Assembly (NCBI GenBank): GCA_040756875.1
Contig: JBFLYH010000003.1
Location: 1 to 64,000 of the forward strand
DNA length: 64,000 nucleotides
Direction of reading: 5' to 3'
From: a candidate division FCPU426 bacterium
GTDB taxonomy: Bacteria; Oederibacteriota; JAAXVQ01; JAUVAV01
Within the stretch, counting starts at the first letter, position 1. Every line of letters starts with the position of its first letter. The position numbers and the translations under genes are program-made. Positions 60,546-64,000 of the stretch are shown piece after piece. The notes under the pieces are model-generated. The model searched no databases and had not been told where the DNA came from. It was given only the letters and a program-made list of their open reading frames with translations.

Positions 60546-61704
60546 GCCGCGGGCCGGCCCTTTTCCCGCGCCGTCTGCCGGTACAGGGCCTCGTAGGTGC
60601 GCATCATGAGGCGCCGGTCGAAATGCTGCTGCACGCGCATGCGGGCGTTCTCCCCCATTTGATGCCGTTCCAGCGGGTTGGCCAGCAGAAAAGCAACCGC
60701 GTCGGCCATGGCTTCGGGCGACTGCGGAGTCACCAGCAGTCCGGTCTCGCCGTGCACCACGATCTCCGGCACGCCGCCGGCCCGGGTGGCCACCACCGGA
60801 ATGCCGCGCGCCATGGCTTCGATCAGTACCAGGCCGAAGGGTTCGCAGTCGCTGGGCAGGACAAAAACGTCCAGAGCGGACAGAAAGCGGCCGATGTCCT
60901 CCATGAAGCCGGTGTACTTCAGGACTCCCAGGGTCCTCAGGTTGCGGCCCCGCATCCACAGGGAGGTGGCAAAGGCATTGTCCGCGGCATAGGCCTTGCC
61001 GCCCAGCAGAAACCGCGCCCAGGGATTGCGCTCGTACACCAGTTCGCAGGCCGCGATGAAATACGGGAAACCCTTGTTCGGGCGCCAGATGCCCGTGGTG
61101 CCGGCCACCGGCATGTCGATGGGAATTTCCAGGTCTTCCCGCAGGGGCGAGGGGAACTCTTTTTTAACGGCGGTTTGCGTGCCGCAGTGGATCAGGCGGC
61201 ACTGGTCCGCCGGCACGCCATAGCTTTCCACCAGCTGGCGCACGTAGTCGGAGATGCAGACGAAGCCGGCCGTGTATTTCGCCAGACTGCGCATGGCCCG
61301 GCCCACGTATCCGCCCGGACCCTGGCTCACGGCGCCACCACCCACAGCATGGGCACCTTGGCCCAGGCGCAGGGATACGCAGCCAGTTTGGCCTCCTGCA
61401 GGCCCGAGGCCTGGACCAGCCTGGCCCGGGTTTGCTTCAATATATTATAAAAACGCCGCCAAGCCTGCAGGGCCGTCAGGATATACCGCCGCTTGCCCTT
61501 GCCAAAGGGGACCATAATCGGCTCCACCCCCTTCTGCCTGAGCAGTTCCAGGAACGGCCCGTCCTGACAGCAGACCACATGGGGCGTGAATTGCGCACGG
61601 TCCAACTCATCCAACAGGGCCAGAAGGTGAATCTGGCCTCCGCCCACGGTGCCGTGATAATTCACGTAAACGATCGGGATGGGAACTTTGGCGCCCTCAC
61701 CCAC
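60542..61704 (-). pseudogene. GT4 glycosyltransferase split by a frameshift near 61327-61345
   Basis: N-half (GGGQIHL) stops at 61327; C-half (KG, DVFVLPSDCEPFGLVLIEAMA, GGVPEIV) continues in another frame; joined length ~385 aa. Confidence 0.75.
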
Positions 61705-61979
61705 GCGTATAACCTCCGCAAACCATCCAAAGATGGCCCTCAGTTTAGCAGGCTTGACCGGGCGGTGCAAGCGGGGTTTTGCTCTGGGCCAGGATCCGGC
61801 GCACCGCTTTGAACCCAGGGCGTGGAAAAAACGGTTTTTCCCGGTCGAGATCGCGTGCCCGGGGTCTATCAGACGTCAGTTTTTCCTTCAGCCCCATTGC
61901 TTTGCACGCGAAGTTAACGGATAATATTATTTCATCCTTCCTTAATTTATATATATGACCTAAACAGAAAGGATGCCTT

Positions 61980-64000
61980 ATGACCCTTCACGTTTCTTGC
62001 CGCAAAGCCTTCTTTTCATTCCTGTGGATAGGAGCCCTGATGATGACCGCCCTTCCTGCCAGCGCCGACAACTTCTCCAAACTGAAAACCCAAGCCGAAA
62101 AAGAGTACGCCGAAGGATCTTACCAACGGGCCCTGGCCCTGTACCAGCAGGCCCGGGACTGGGACCTGCCTAAAGCCGACAAGGAGTGGGTGCGTTTCCG
62201 GCTCGCGGACGCACTCTGGCGCAGCCAGGCAGCCAGCAAGCAGTCGGATTCCACGCAGCTGGAACAGGCGCGCGAAGAGCTTGAGGCCTTGCTGCAGTCC
62301 AAGCCCGACGAGGAAGACCGCGACCAGCTCTGGGCCGAGATCCAGGAATCGCTCGGCGATTATTACTGGGACCGCCAGGGCTATCAGGACTGGGGCGATG
62401 CCTGGTCCCACTACCAGCAGGCCCTGGACTGGTGGGCCGGTGCCCGGGACATCGAGCTCGCCCGCAAACGCTACCTGGCCCTGGTCTGGCGTTGCGCCCT
62501 TCCCTCCCAGCCTGAACCATATTACTACTACGGTTACTACGGCAATTACCTGCCCCTGGAAATCGTGGAAAACGTCCTGAAAATAAGCCAAACCAAGCAG
62601 GACCAGGCGCATGCCCATTACTTGCTGGCCATGACCTACCAGTATCAGGGCGGCGACTGGGAGCAGATGGAGCGGATCCCCGAGGAATTCGAGGCTGCGC
62701 TCGCAACCGGAAAAACCAGCGAATGGTACGACGACGCCCTGTTCAAGTACGCTGAATGGCTGTCCAACTACGGCCGGCGCCGCCGTTTGCCCAACGGCCA
62801 ATGGGAACAAAAGCCGGACCTGACCAAGGCCCTGGAGCTGTACCGGCGGCTGCTGAAGGAATTCAAGAAAGGCGAAACCCGCTATTACGAAGAAGCCAGG
62901 CAGCGGATCGAATCGATCACCGAGTCCACCCTGTCCGTGAGCGTGTCCAATATTTTCCTGCCCGGCTCCGAGATCCAGGCCTACCTGAACTGGCGCAACC
63001 AGAAGCGCATTGACCTGGCGATCTACGCCCTGGACCTGACCCAGGACGTGGCCTTTTCAAAAAAGCAGGAGAACGGCGACTGGCTGCAGGCCGTCAAGGT
63101 GTCGGGCCTGAAGAAAGTCAAAGCCTGGTCCAAGACCGTCGAACAGGGCGAATACCAGCCGGGCAGCGAAACCCTGCGCCTGGACAGCAAGCTCCCGGCC
63201 GGCGCCTATCTCATCGAAGCCAAGGGCAACAAGGCCAGCTCGCGCGACTTCATCCTGGTGACGGACGCCACCCTGGTGGTCAAAACTTCGGGCCGCCGGG
63301 TCCTGGCTTATTTCTGCCAGGCCGAGGACGGCTCGCCCGTGCCAAACGCCCGCGTGAAGCTGTGGCTGCGGGGTTATGAAAACGGCAAAAACACCTGGAA
63401 CGACCAGCAGAAGCAGACCGACGCCGACGGCCTGGCCATATTCGAGCTTAAACCCGGTTCGGGCAACGAGCTCTTCATCGCGGCCAGCGCCGGAGCGCAG
63501 GCCGAACAGCAGGCCTTTGCCCTGAGCTACGCGTATTACGAATCCGAAGCCCCTGAAGACTGGCGCATCTACGCCTTCACGGACCGGTCGGCCTACCGTC
63601 CGGGCGACCAGGTGCAGTGGAAAATGATCGCCCGCACCTATCAAAACGGCGGCTACACCACCCCGGCCAATTTGCAGGTGGAATACGAAGTGACCGACCC
63701 CCGCGGGGCGAAGGTCAAGGCCGGTCAAATGAAATTGAACCTGTTCGGCAGCGGCTGGGGGACCGTGGACCTCACCGAAGCCATGCCCCTGGGCGAATAC
63801 CAGATCCAATTCTACAGCCAGGGCCGCAAGCGCTCCCTGGGCGGGGCCACGCTGTTCCGCCTCGAGGAATACAAACTGCCCGAATTCAAGGTCAGCATCC
63901 AGACGCCCGAGGAACAGGGCCGCAAAAAAGCCTTCCGCCTGGGCGAGACCGTGGAGGCCGTCATTCAGGCCGATTATTACTTCGGCGGGCCGGTGGGCAA
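61980..64000 (+). CDS. Alpha-2-macroglobulin-family (MG2 domain) secreted protein, 3' end beyond window (not in ORF track)
   Basis: SD AAAGGA, signal peptide ..LPASA-D, TPR-like helices, FTDRSAYRPGDQV, FRLEEYKLPEFKV, ADYYFGGPV. Confidence 0.88.
   Translation, partial: MTLHVSCRKAFFSFLWIGALMMTALPASADNFSKLKTQAEKEYAEGSYQRALALYQQARDWDLPKADKEWVRFRLADALWRSQAASKQSDSTQLEQAREELEALLQSKPDEEDRDQLWAEIQESLGDYYWDRQGYQDWGDAWSHYQQALDWWAGARDIELARKRYLALVWRCALPSQPEPYYYYGYYGNYLPLEIVENVLKISQTKQDQAHAHYLLAMTYQYQGGDWEQMERIPEEFEAALATGKTSEWYDDALFKYAEWLSNYGRRRRLPNGQWEQKPDLTKALELYRRLLKEFKKGETRYYEEARQRIESITESTLSVSVSNIFLPGSEIQAYLNWRNQKRIDLAIYALDLTQDVAFSKKQENGDWLQAVKVSGLKKVKAWSKTVEQGEYQPGSETLRLDSKLPAGAYLIEAKGNKASSRDFILVTDATLVVKTSGRRVLAYFCQAEDGSPVPNARVKLWLRGYENGKNTWNDQQKQTDADGLAIFELKPGSGNELFIAASAGAQAEQQAFALSYAYYESEAPEDWRIYAFTDRSAYRPGDQVQWKMIARTYQNGGYTTPANLQVEYEVTDPRGAKVKAGQMKLNLFGSGWGTVDLTEAMPLGEYQIQFYSQGRKRSLGGATLFRLEEYKLPEFKVSIQTPEEQGRKKAFRLGETVEAVIQADYYFGGPVG

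Noticed and set aside
61327-61329. TGA read-through (selenocysteine or recoding) in GT4
   Set aside because: Downstream homology is in a different frame, and TGA is an ordinary stop in many genes here
62016-63809. Minus-strand ORFs 62016-62810 and 63057-63809
   Set aside because: Antisense shadows of the plus-strand alpha-2-macroglobulin gene

Overview
GC-rich bacterial chromosomal window, almost all on the minus strand and dominated by the core translation/transcription supercluster. In transcription order (right to left) it runs pflB-pflA (ZMP/ZTP riboswitch), rpoBC, str operon, S10, spc, alpha, cysS-rlmB, tRNA-Thr/Tyr/Gly, a 5-gene insert, tRNA-Thr, tuf, rpmG, tRNA-Trp, secE-nusG, rplKAJL. 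The left end carries pncA-pncB (NAD salvage), an orphan PAS histidine kinase, a Rae1/YacP-like NYN nuclease and an outer-membrane protein. The right end carries an LPS core/O-antigen glycosyltransferase cluster and the start of an alpha-2-macroglobulin-like gene, so the organism is very likely a diderm with LPS. Most notable: (1) an acyl-CoA dehydrogenase / ACP / ketosynthase / inactive ketosynthase / LpxL-type acyltransferase cassette sits inside the thr-tyr-gly-thr-tuf tRNA operon and resembles the rhizobial acpXL-lpxXL very-long-chain lipid A acylation system; (2) four related ~100-bp structured repeats each abut a tRNA CCA end; (3) tRNA-Thr(UGU) 3' ends are duplicated; (4) a ~250-nt structured, terminator-ended leader precedes rpsL; (5) the supercluster is permuted, with rplKAJL uncoupled from rpoBC; (6) small MITE/REP-like inserts lie in r-protein spacers; (7) there is a WaaL-GT9 fusion and a frameshifted GT4. 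All calls come from reading the sequence; no database searches or folding programs were run.
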